DNA of 11,449 nucleotides from Thermoplasmata archaeon (GCA_028864975.1 JAGWLG010000055.1:1-11449), one strand, 5' to 3'. Shown: positions 1-10,182, counted from the stretch's first letter. A program made the numbers and translations. Notes: generated from the letters alone by a model not told the origin.

Positions 1-1909
1 CCTGCGGGGCCGGAGCGTACGCTGGCGGGGGGGTCGGGGCGGGGGTCATGGAAGGTGCCGGGACCTTCGGCTTCCTGAACTTCAGGAGGTAGAGGGCGAG
101 CCCGGCTCCGGCCGCGACGACCACGACGCCGATGATGATCGGGAGCAGGAGGCCGTTCCCTCCTCCGGACCCGTTGGGGGTGGTGCCGCCCGTGACCTGG
201 AGCGGCGTGGTCGAGGAGACGGAGTGGCTGCTCCCATCCGTGACCGTGACCATGACCGAGTAGTTCCCGGAGGTCGTGGGCGTGCACGACAGGGAGGCCG
301 TGTTCTGGGTGCTACAACCCGGAGGGAGGCTGCTATAGGCGTAGCTGTAGGGGGTCGTCCCTCCCGACACCTGGACGGAGAAGGTCGTCGTGGATCCCGC
401 AGAGACCTTGGCGGGCGAGGCACTGAACGACGTGATCGTGGGGTACCCTGCGGGCGCGGACACCTGGAGGGTGGCCCCCGGATTGCTGGTCGCGCTCCGC
501 CCCGCGGAGTCCGTGACCGTGACCAGGGCCGTGTAGGTCCCAGGCGTGCTCGGCGTGCAAGGCAGGGCCGCGAGGTTCTGGCTCGAGCACCCGGTAGGGA
601 GGCCGGAGTAGGAGAACGAGTAGGGCGACGTCCCGCCCGAGACGCTCGCGGTGAAGACGGTGGACTGTCCGAGGGAGATCGAGGACGGGTTCGCCGTGAA
701 CGACGTGATGGTGGGCCCTCCTCCTCCCCCGCCTCCGCTTGGGCTGATGACGGAGATCGTCCCCGCCGAGTTCCCGCTCAAGATGCTCGCGACGTAGAGG
801 TCGCCGTTGGTGCTGTCGTACGCGATGGCCCGGGGCTGCGAGGCGACCGCGATGCTCCCCAGGACCGTGTCGGAGGAGCCATCGATCACGGTGACGGTGT
901 TCGAGGTCTCGTCGGCCACATAGACGTAGCCGTTGCTCGGGTCGAAGGCGATGCCCCAAGGGTCCCCGTTCGAGGGGTCGGAGATCGTGGTCACGAGCGC
1001 GTTCGTCGCCCCGTTGATCACGGCGATGTCGTTGGCGGTACCTCCGGCCACGTAGACGTATCCGTTCGTGGAGTCGACGACGCAGTCCCCCGAGTTGGAG
1101 GTGGTGGTGAAGTTCTTGATGAAGGCGTGGCTGGAGGCGGTGTCGACGACGATGTCGGAGGGGATGTCGGTGCCGGAGGCGTTCTCCTGGGCCACGTAGA
1201 GGTCGCCGTTGGCCGCGTCGAAGCACACCTGCTGGGGCAGCTGGGCGAGGATGGAGTTCGCTGGCTCGGTGAAGAAGTTGCCCGAGTCGGTGTTGCTCGC
1301 CGTGTCGATGGTGTAGATGCGCTGGTTGTCGTAGCTCACCATGAAGAGCGTGCCGGAGCTCGTGTCCAGGGCGAGAGAACCGCTGTTCCCCGCCGTCGAC
1401 GTGAAGTCGATCCACGAGAGATTGGCGTAGGTCGAGGCGCTGAGCACGGAGACGTGGAAGTTGTTGGCGTCCACGACGTAGAGATCACCGTTCGCGCCGT
1501 CGTAGGCGAGGGCGTCGGGCCCTGGCGCTCCGTAGCCCGGATCGGAGGGGAGCGGGACCCAGGCGGACACCCGGTTGGAGGTCGGGTCGATGACGGAGAG
1601 GTTCCCGGGGTTGGAGGCGGTACCTCCCCCGGCCTGGTTCGCGACGAACATCTTGTTGTCGGTCGCGTCGAAGGCGAGGGCCTCGGGGTCCCAACCGACG
1701 GGGATCGTGGCCATCACCGACCCCACGCTCTGGGGTCGTGGGGCGACGGAGGGGGCTCCATGCAGCGAGCGCGCGAGGTTGCCTCGGTGAGCGCCCTGAG
1801 GGGCGGCCCCCGTGCCCACGGCCAACGCGGCCCCGCCCAGAAGGAGCGCGAGGGCGAGAAAGGTGCCGATGGACGCGGTCCAGGGCCCACCACGGGCCGC
1901 ACGCCCCAT
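1..1909 (-). CDS. Membrane-anchored surface protein: signal peptide, 7-bladed YVTN-type beta-propeller, two Ig/PKD-like repeats, TM helix, Pro-rich tail (3' end runs off the window)
   Basis: Not in the ORF track because no stop lies inside the window. Hand translation of the frame antisense to the 224..2224 ORF is open from ATG 1909 (alternative ATG 1972; upstream in-frame TGA at 2027-2029) to the left edge, at least 636 aa. It reads MGRAARGGPWTASIGTFLALALLLGGAALAVG (signal-like), MATIPVGWDPEALAFDATDNKMFVAN ... PWGIAFDPSNGYVYVADETSNTVTVIDG (YVTN blades), a Gly7 linker, two PTITSF...VTVTD repeats, LLLPIIIGVVVVAAGAGLALYLL (TM, 83-151), then KFRKPK and VPAPSMTPAPTPPPAYAPAPQ. Confidence 0.92.
   Translation of the reverse strand, partial: MGRAARGGPWTASIGTFLALALLLGGAALAVGTGAAPQGAHRGNLARSLHGAPSVAPRPQSVGSVMATIPVGWDPEALAFDATDNKMFVANQAGGGTASNPGNLSVIDPTSNRVSAWVPLPSDPGYGAPGPDALAYDGANGDLYVVDANNFHVSVLSASTYANLSWIDFTSTAGNSGSLALDTSSGTLFMVSYDNQRIYTIDTASNTDSGNFFTEPANSILAQLPQQVCFDAANGDLYVAQENASGTDIPSDIVVDTASSHAFIKNFTTTSNSGDCVVDSTNGYVYVAGGTANDIAVINGATNALVTTISDPSNGDPWGIAFDPSNGYVYVADETSNTVTVIDGSSDTVLGSIAVASQPRAIAYDSTNGDLYVASILSGNSAGTISVISPSGGGGGGGPTITSFTANPSSISLGQSTVFTASVSGGTSPYSFSYSGLPTGCSSQNLAALPCTPSTPGTYTALVTVTDSAGRSATSNPGATLQVSAPAGYPTITSFSASPAKVSAGSTTTFSVQVSGGTTPYSYAYSSLPPGCSTQNTASLSCTPTTSGNYSVMVTVTDGSSHSVSSTTPLQVTGGTTPNGSGGGNGLLLPIIIGVVVVAAGAGLALYLLKFRKPKVPAPSMTPAPTPPPAYAPAPQ
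194..715 (-). repeat. Two tandem ~91-aa Ig/PKD-like repeats in the surface protein
   Basis: PTITSFTANPSSISLGQSTVFTASVSGGTSPYSFSYSGLPTGCSSQNLAALPCTPSTPGTYTALVTVTDS (starts 715) versus PTITSFSASPAKVSAGSTTTFSVQVSGGTTPYSYAYSSLPPGCSTQNTASLSCTPTTSGNYSVMVTVTDG (starts 442). The period is 273 nt and similarity is visible at DNA level (tgaacgacgtgat(g/c)gtggg). Confidence 0.9.
746..1714 (-). repeat. Seven YVTN-like beta-propeller blades
   Basis: Seven degenerate units: LAFDATDNKMFVAN, LAYDGANGDLYVVD, LALDTSSGTLFMVS, VCFDAANGDLYVAQ, CVVDSTNGYVYVAG, IAFDPSNGYVYVAD, IAYDSTNGDLYVAS. Confidence 0.85.
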
Positions 1910-1997
1910 GCGAGGAGGGTGTTCCAGGGATCGGCCGTCGTGATCGCTCCGCGTCGCCAGACGTTGGTGCATGCTCCAGCGAACCTCGAACCTACGG

Positions 1998-2003
1998 ATA
2001 TAG
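1998..2003 (-). promoter_or_regulatory. Weak TATA-like element upstream of the surface-protein gene
   Basis: CTATAT on the minus strand is an AT-rich spot about 26-31 nt upstream of ATG 1972, which would suit a leaderless start there. The match to the archaeal consensus is poor. Confidence 0.25.
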
Positions 2004-2126
2004 GAGCGTCCCCAATTCACCGGTATTCAGGGGGGCCCGGGAGCGCCGACCGGGGGGCTACGCAGAGTAGTAAGTTCCATCGTCGACGGCGGAGAGGCCG
2101 TGCTTCCTCTCCGAAGCCAAGGGCCA

Positions 2127-2175
2127 GGGAGAGAAAGAAAGGGGGCCGGCGTCCCGGGGGGCAGGCCCCGGGACG
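2127..2175 (-). terminator. Probable 3' end/terminator of the 23S transcript
   Basis: Perfect 10-bp GC hairpin (cgtcccgggg 2150-2159 / ccccgggacg 2166-2175) followed on the minus strand by the pyrimidine tract CUUUCUUUCUCUCCC (2141-2127), just after the processing stem. Confidence 0.6.
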
Positions 2176-2180
2176 GGGGG

Positions 2181-2214
2181 GCATACGCAGATCCTGTTTG
2201 ACGGTAAGCGCGTC
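2181..2214 (-). other. 3' arm of the pre-23S processing stem, including the AAA bulge of the BHB motif
   Basis: Minus strand GACGCGCUUAC-CGUC-AAA-CAGGAUCUGCGUAUGC pairs with 5161-5195. The outer 16 bp are complementary with one G.U pair. Confidence 0.9.
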
Positions 2215-2220
2215 GAGGAG

Positions 2221-5156
<2,936 letters not shown>

Positions 5157-5160
5157 ACTT

Positions 5161-5195
5161 GACGCACTCGCCTAGCGTCCAGAATCTGCGTATGC
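5161..5195 (-). other. 5' arm of the pre-23S processing stem, including the CUA bulge of the BHB motif
   Basis: Minus strand GCAUACGCAGAUUCUG-GACG-CUA-GGCGAGUGCGUC. The central helix GACG/CGUC (5179-5176 / 2203-2200) carries a 3-nt bulge on the 3' side of each strand, which is canonical BHB geometry. Confidence 0.9.
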
Positions 5196-5304
5196 GCGGG
5201 TCAACGAACGCGGACCCCGTGGCCCGCGCTCTCCCCACTTCCCCAGCGAGCGCCCCCGCTCGTTGGGTGCACGTGGGCAGTACAGGCAGAACCCGCACCG
5301 CTCC
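5196..5304 (-). other. Structured 5' leader (external transcribed spacer) of the 23S transcript
   Basis: Between the predicted TSS (~5304) and the processing stem lie several hairpins: GCGGUGCGGG/CCUGUACUGC, CCAACGAGCG/CGCUCGCUGG inside CCCAC...GUGGG, and GCGGGCC/GGUCCGC. No 16S or tRNA sequence is present. Confidence 0.6.
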
Positions 5305-5324
5305 GAATTTCCACTACCCCCATC

Positions 5325-5332
5325 GTATATAA
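5325..5332 (-). promoter_or_regulatory. TATA box of the 23S rRNA promoter
   Basis: TTATATAC in very GC-rich DNA, followed by AAATT at 5310-5306 (likely melted region) and a pyrimidine-purine step at 5305/5304 at the expected spacing for an archaeal TSS. Confidence 0.8.
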
Positions 5333-5444
5333 CGCTAGACTTGCCGCGCGGTCCACCCGTGGCCCTGTCCCGCGACGCTTCTTGGCGCCCGCACGGCCCC
5401 TCGGAGCACCTCGAGGGAACTTCGAGGCCCGAAGGAGGACCTGA

Positions 5445-6224
5445 TCAGTGCCAGAGATGGACGCCAAGCGCGTGGCCGAGGAGGGAATCCACCCCCGCGA
5501 CCGGGAGAGCGCAAACCAGCGGAAGCACGTACGCGACAGGGTAGGACCACCAGGGGGGGCTCGGAGCTCCCACGGCGCGGGGCCGTGTGTAGGCCGGGAG
5601 GTACACCATCAGCCCGTAGACGAAGAACCAGAACCCGGCGAAGAGCGCCGACGGGTTCAGCGTCGCCTCCATGGTCGTCCCGAGGAGGCCATAGAGGAGC
5701 AGCACCTCGTTGGCAGAGAAGTCGAAGCGTCGCAGAAGGAGGACCCACGCCGCGAACTCGGGAACGAAGAGGACCACCGAAGAGAACCCGATCACGACCA
5801 GGTAGTTGGCCGAGGCCGTGATGTGCGCCTGGGCCGCTGCGACCCCGAACCACGGTGGAACGAGGTTCGTCATGGAGGTCGTGATGGCCTCCTCGAGCAG
5901 CGCGAGGAGCGTGGCCAGAAGGAAGAAGCGCCACTCCCACCGGATCGGTTGGCGAAGGAGCCAGGACCGCAGGTGGTCGCGATACCTGAGCATCAGGACA
6001 CCGCCGAGAACACACCAGAGCAGGACGAGGCCGATCCCCATCGTGATGATGGCACGGGCGACGGGGTCGTGCGAGCCCACCAGGACCACGACCCCCACCA
6101 GGGAAACCGCGATGGCGGAGTAGACCGCGAGCAACTTGATCAGTACCCTCGGAACCCGCTCCCTCCACCCCTCCGGTGGTCCCGCGGTCCGCCCGGGCGG
6201 GGCGCTTACGGCGGCCGAGTCCAT
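5445..6224 (-). CDS. Polytopic (~7 TM) membrane protein with intramembrane Glu motifs; possible divergent PrsW/CPBP-like protein
   Basis: 259 aa from ATG 6224 (the track starts at TTG 6233, and GAGG precedes the ATG), ending at TGA 5445-5447. About seven hydrophobic segments. Motifs LLALLEEAITT and LLYGLLGTTMEA resemble PrsW motifs 1 and 2. The CDS is solid but the family call is tentative. Confidence 0.85.
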   Translation of the reverse strand: MDSAAVSAPPGRTAGPPEGWRERVPRVLIKLLAVYSAIAVSLVGVVVLVGSHDPVARAIITMGIGLVLLWCVLGGVLMLRYRDHLRSWLLRQPIRWEWRFFLLATLLALLEEAITTSMTNLVPPWFGVAAAQAHITASANYLVVIGFSSVVLFVPEFAAWVLLLRRFDFSANEVLLLYGLLGTTMEATLNPSALFAGFWFFVYGLMVYLPAYTRPRAVGAPSPPWWSYPVAYVLPLVCALPVAGVDSLLGHALGVHLWH

Positions 6225-6255
6225 GGTCCTCAAGGGACGTGAGCCGGGCTCCCTC

Positions 6256-6263
6256 TACTTGAA
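6256..6263 (-). promoter_or_regulatory. Candidate TATA box for the membrane-protein gene
   Basis: TTCAAGTA, one mismatch from TTTAAGTA-type boxes, about 31 nt upstream of ATG 6224. Confidence 0.4.
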
Positions 6264-6330
6264 CGGGTCCGAAGGAATTGGAAGGCCCGACGGCCTCCTT
6301 GCCCACGCCCGGGGGAAGCTGTGGGGCACA

Positions 6331-6373
6331 CCGCCAGCTCACCCGTCGACACCGCCCGCCAGCTCCCGTTGAC
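6331..6373. repeat. Imperfect intergenic tandem direct repeat
   Basis: ccgccagctcacccgtcgac (6331-6350) and ccgccagctc-ccgttgac (6356-6373), with a 25-nt offset. Confidence 0.55.
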
Positions 6374-6399
6374 GGGCGCGCGAGGCGCCGACGCGCCGT

Positions 6400-9300
6400 T
6401 CAGCGAGGACTTCCGTCGTCTTCCGCCGGCCTTCGGGCGCGTTTGAGCCGCCGCGACTTCTCGACCAACTCCTCGCGTCGCGCATCGTCCGCCCGCTGGC
6501 GCTCCGCTTCCTCGACCTCGGGCAGCTTGTCGCCGGCCTTCTCGTCGCCGGAGATCCGCATCTCCGCGGGCTGGAGCAGCTCCTTGGGGATCCGGTGCAC
6601 GTTGGGGTTCACGTCCTCCGGCTTGATCTCCTCGCCATACGGGTTCGCCTCCTCGACGCTGGGGCGTTCCTCGCCGAGCGTCCGCTCCACCTCCACGTGG
6701 ACCCCGCCGGCCTCGCTTCCCTCCGAAGAAGTCGTCGGCTTAGCCGGCTCGGACAACGATCCTTCCTCGTCCTTGCTCTCCTCGACGACCACCGGCCCCG
6801 TCTCTTCTCCCTCCTCCTGGGCGGGGGTCATGGTGGTCTCCAAGGGAGGGCCCGGTTGGGCCACCTCCTCGGTCGGGGTCGCCACCGGGTGGGTCTCGTG
6901 ATGATCGAGCTCTTCGTCGAACTCGTGCGGCGGTATCGCTCCGGTCGCTCCCGCGCCGACAGGAGGTCCCGGTGCGACCGAAGGCTCGATCTCGGGGGGT
7001 GGGTTGGGCGCCTCCTCGTCGGTCGCTGTCGCAGAACCCTTCGAGGACGGTCGGCGCCGCCGTGCGATGGCCACCACGAACGCCACGAAGAAGACCAGAG
7101 CGAGCGCGAGCAGGAAGAGGTCGAGGAGCGACAGTGGGAGCCCGTTGATCGCGGGCGTCTTGGACGGCGGCGCGACCAGCGTCACGGTGACGTTGTTCCA
7201 CGAAGGGAGGTACCCGGGTCCTCGGGCCTCGAGCTCAAGCTCGACCGTCTCGCCCACGGCCCCGCTCCAAGCGACCGTGAACGAGGCCGCTCCGGAGGTA
7301 CTGGTGGCGGTGGAGCTCGGAGCGACCGACGTGGGGGTCGCGAACCCCGACTCGCTGACGTTGGCGAAGACCTCGACCCCGCCCACGGTGTTCCCGTGGG
7401 ACGTGACCTCGACCAGGAGCGACGTGGTGGATCCCGGGGAGAAGTCGCTGCTCGAGAAGCTGGGCGCCAACGTGAGGGACTGGGGAAGAATGAGAAGATC
7501 CAACGGTTGGGATGTCGAGAGGTATCCGTTCGCGGTGGCCGTGAAGAGGAGCACGACGTGCTCGGCGGTCGACACCACGGGAGCGGTGAAGGACAAGGAG
7601 GAGGGGGCGAACCCCTGGAGATTGAGCGTGAACGACGATGCGCTCAAGGCCCCTGACCCCACCGCGATGGACACGGTGACCACCGCCAGGTAGGCGGGAG
7701 AGGAACTCCCGGAGGGGGAGATGGCCGTGCCCGACAGATTCAGAGCGATCGTGGAGCCGCTCGAGAAGGGCGGGGTCGCGGCGGGCTCGAGATGGAGCGA
7801 ACCCTCGGCCGTGACTGAGGAGGAGATGGTGAACGCCAGCGCAGCCCCCTCGCTCGCGAAGCCGGGGGCGGAGACCTGGGCTAGGGCCGCCATGGACCCT
7901 ACGGTGGACCCCGCGGTGAAGTTCTCGTAGGCCACTCCCCACGCCGAAGTGGACGTGCTCCCCGAGAGGGTCCCCAACGAGTTCGAGGCCATCAGGGCCA
8001 CGCTCGCCCCCACCAGGGGGGTCGGAGTGGACGAGGAGGTATTGGTCACGATGAGCTCGAACGGGACCTGCCCGCCAGGAGCCGCGCCAAGGGTGGCCGA
8101 AGGCGTCACCGCGATCGAAAGAGCGAAGGGGGTCGGTGCCGGACTGACGATCTCCAGGACCGTCGCGTTCTGCACGGCACGATACCCGGGAGCGCTCACG
8201 TTCGCTTCGATCAACACGCCCCCGCTCGAGGGGGACGTGGCGGGCGCCATGTACCGCGTGAGGAAGGTACCGTTGCCGGCGGTGGAGCCGAAGGTCGAGG
8301 CGAGCGAACCCGCACCGGCCAACGATAGTTGCACGGCGGCGCCGCCGACCGCGCCGCCGCCCGTCCCGATCGCGGAGACCTTCACCCAGGTGGTGCTCCC
8401 GAGAGCCACCGTTGAGCTCCCCGCAGCGACGGAGGCGCGCAGGAGGTAGGTCGGAAGAGCCTTGTCCACCTCCCCGAGCGCGGCGGCTTGGGCCGGCGCA
8501 TACCCCCGGGCGGTGACCCCTGCGGTCAGGGTGCAGTTGATCGAGCCGGTGAGGCCGGAAGGCGTGGTCCAGTTGAAGTGGGCCCACCCCGAGCCGTTCG
8601 ACACGGCGGGATTGGTCCCCACGATCGACCCTCCACTGGCCGATAGCGCGATCGTCGCCCCCGAAAGGTTCCCGCGGGCTTGACCTGTCGGGGAGATCGC
8701 TCCGACCCAGACCGCAACCGTGGTCGTCGCCCCGGAGGTCGTGGGTGAAGGAGGGTACAGGATCACGGGCGGGGCCGCCGTGTCCACCGCGATGAGCCGA
8801 CCATCGGCCGCGAAAGCGTAGACTGTCTCCCCCGAGACCGCGGGAGAACCGAAGAACGGAGCTCCTACCGGTACCTTCCAGGTGAGCTGCCCCGTCGAGG
8901 CGTTGATGTCGTAGAGCCACCCGTTGGTCGCTCCGTCGATGAGGTTGCCTCGGGAGTACGCCGGGGAGGCCAGGAACGCCGACCGCGCCCCCGCGCTGAA
9001 GTTCCAAAGGAACTGCCACTTCCCTCCGCCCACCAGGTGGAACAGGTAGGCGCTCAGATTCCCGGTATTGTTGCCGAAGTAGACCGAGGCCGCGGCGCCC
9101 CCCCGGTCGACCACGGTCGGGGTACCGACCACTCCTGCATCTTGACCTGCGCCGGTGAGCATCTGCAGGACCGAGGTGCTGGGCGCCGTGTTCGAGGTCA
9201 GGTTCACCGCCCAGAGCAGGCTGGTCGTCCCCGCGCCCGCGTCGTTCGCGAGGAACCCGGTGGGCCAGCATTGGGTACCGTTGGTGATGTTCACGGCCGC

Positions 9301-10164
9301 CATCGAGCCGAAGAGGCCCGCCGCGTTGGGAGGGAGATTGATCTGGGCCGAGCCCCCCCCCGCAGGAACCGACCAGACATCGATCTTCCCGCTGCCGCGG
9401 TCGGGGAGGAAGGCCTCCCAGCCCTTCGTATTCACGTCGAGCACGCTCGGGGTCGCGCGGTAGCTCGGTCCTCCGGGGGCCTTGTTGAACCCGGCCGCCC
9501 CGCACGCGTTACCGGCGAGGTCGACCGCATTGATGTTCCCCGAAGTGTCGGCCTGGAGGAGTTGGTCGTTGGGCATTGGCGCCAGGCTGGAAGCCATCGG
9601 GTTGCCGTTGAAGTTGCAGACGAGCGGAACTGTCCCCGCGCCAGGGTCGACGATGCCCACATTGTTCCCTCCACCGTCCTGGGCCACGGCCACCCGTCCA
9701 TCTCCCGTCAGGAGCGGGGTCGAGACCAGAGGTCCGTCCCCCATCGAGCCCAGCAGGTCGATGCTCGCATCGATGACCCCGGTCGAGGCGTTGACCAGGT
9801 AGAGGACATCGTCGGTGGGGACGAACACCTCGCCGTGCGCCACGATCGGCGAGGATTGGAAGGGAGGGTCGGTGTTTCCCGGTCCCGGTGGGGTCCCGCT
9901 ATCGATCGGCAGAGAGATCGACCAGCGGATGGAGGGGTGCTGCGGGGAGGAGCTTCGCGCCACACCGGAGAGCATCGGGTCACCATGGTACATCGACCAC
10001 CCCGGGCCCAACGGAAGCGGCGAGGCGGCCGCGAGAGGACCCGAGGGGTCGACCGTCCTGCTAGGAAGGGGCGTGGCCGCGCGGACCGGCGACGCGGGGC
10101 CCAGGAGGAACATGGCCACGACCAGTACGATCAGAGTGCTTTCTGGCCAGAGTCCTCTACGCAT
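6400..10164 (-). CDS. Large membrane-anchored surface glycoprotein: signal peptide, PQQ-like (BamB-type) beta-propeller, five Ig-like repeats, TM helix, acidic cytoplasmic tail
   Basis: 1254 aa from ATG 10164. The track's GTG 10176 overlaps the GGAGGTG SD motif, so the ATG is preferred. Signal-like MRRGLWPESTLIVLVVAMFLLGPASPVRA, then WSMYHGDPMLSG and blades such as SSPIVAHGEVFV...LYLVNASTG and ASPAYSRGNLIDGATNGWLYDINASTGQLTWKVPVG...GSPAVSGETVYA (~8782-10000). About 20 N-x-S/T sequons. TM LLDLFLLALALVFFVAFVVAIA followed by RRRR (7051-7134), then a ~215-aa Glu/Pro-rich tail. Confidence 0.93.
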   Translation of the reverse strand: MRRGLWPESTLIVLVVAMFLLGPASPVRAATPLPSRTVDPSGPLAAASPLPLGPGWSMYHGDPMLSGVARSSSPQHPSIRWSISLPIDSGTPPGPGNTDPPFQSSPIVAHGEVFVPTDDVLYLVNASTGVIDASIDLLGSMGDGPLVSTPLLTGDGRVAVAQDGGGNNVGIVDPGAGTVPLVCNFNGNPMASSLAPMPNDQLLQADTSGNINAVDLAGNACGAAGFNKAPGGPSYRATPSVLDVNTKGWEAFLPDRGSGKIDVWSVPAGGGSAQINLPPNAAGLFGSMAAVNITNGTQCWPTGFLANDAGAGTTSLLWAVNLTSNTAPSTSVLQMLTGAGQDAGVVGTPTVVDRGGAAASVYFGNNTGNLSAYLFHLVGGGKWQFLWNFSAGARSAFLASPAYSRGNLIDGATNGWLYDINASTGQLTWKVPVGAPFFGSPAVSGETVYAFAADGRLIAVDTAAPPVILYPPSPTTSGATTTVAVWVGAISPTGQARGNLSGATIALSASGGSIVGTNPAVSNGSGWAHFNWTTPSGLTGSINCTLTAGVTARGYAPAQAAALGEVDKALPTYLLRASVAAGSSTVALGSTTWVKVSAIGTGGGAVGGAAVQLSLAGAGSLASTFGSTAGNGTFLTRYMAPATSPSSGGVLIEANVSAPGYRAVQNATVLEIVSPAPTPFALSIAVTPSATLGAAPGGQVPFELIVTNTSSSTPTPLVGASVALMASNSLGTLSGSTSTSAWGVAYENFTAGSTVGSMAALAQVSAPGFASEGAALAFTISSSVTAEGSLHLEPAATPPFSSGSTIALNLSGTAISPSGSSSPAYLAVVTVSIAVGSGALSASSFTLNLQGFAPSSLSFTAPVVSTAEHVVLLFTATANGYLSTSQPLDLLILPQSLTLAPSFSSSDFSPGSTTSLLVEVTSHGNTVGGVEVFANVSESGFATPTSVAPSSTATSTSGAASFTVAWSGAVGETVELELEARGPGYLPSWNNVTVTLVAPPSKTPAINGLPLSLLDLFLLALALVFFVAFVVAIARRRRPSSKGSATATDEEAPNPPPEIEPSVAPGPPVGAGATGAIPPHEFDEELDHHETHPVATPTEEVAQPGPPLETTMTPAQEEGEETGPVVVEESKDEEGSLSEPAKPTTSSEGSEAGGVHVEVERTLGEERPSVEEANPYGEEIKPEDVNPNVHRIPKELLQPAEMRISGDEKAGDKLPEVEEAERQRADDARREELVEKSRRLKRARRPAEDDGSPR
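7177..8772 (-). repeat. Five diverged Ig-like (intimin/invasin Big_1-like) stalk repeats
   Basis: Each unit ends in a shared motif: TARGY (8500), SAPGY (8182), SAPGF (7858), TANGY (7522), RGPGY (7210). Spacing is 318, 324, 336 and 312 nt (104-112 aa), and the composition is beta-rich Ser/Thr/Gly/Ala/Val. Confidence 0.75.
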
Positions 10165-10175
10165 CGCCCTACCCA

Positions 10176-10182
10176 CACCTCC
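10176..10182 (-). promoter_or_regulatory. Shine-Dalgarno motif for the large surface protein
   Basis: GGAGGTG lies 11 nt upstream of ATG 10164. An AT-rich AATTAT (10194-10189) may be a weak TATA element. Confidence 0.5.

Noticed and set aside
333-1415. 360-aa Arg/His-rich minus-strand ORF, plus 82..423 and 1485..1694
   Set aside because: Alternative frames of the real gene, kept open by high GC; no motifs.
2027-2085. Possible box C/D sRNA downstream of the 23S (ACGAUGG ... CUGA on the minus strand)
   Set aside because: The C box deviates from RUGAUGA, there are no convincing C'/D' boxes, and no guide complementarity was identified.
2090-2113. 8-bp hairpin cggagagg/cctctccg
   Set aside because: The hairpin is real but short and in GC-rich DNA; it could be a secondary terminator element, but nothing supports a separate feature.
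5335-6342. 335-aa minus ORF and 264-aa plus ORF (5448..6242) overlapping the membrane-protein gene
   Set aside because: Alternate-frame and antisense shadows; only the 5445..6224 frame gives a coherent TM pattern.
8782-10000. Calling the propeller bamB or a PQQ dehydrogenase
   Set aside because: Only the repeat fold is supported; there is no BAM context and no recognisable catalytic residues.
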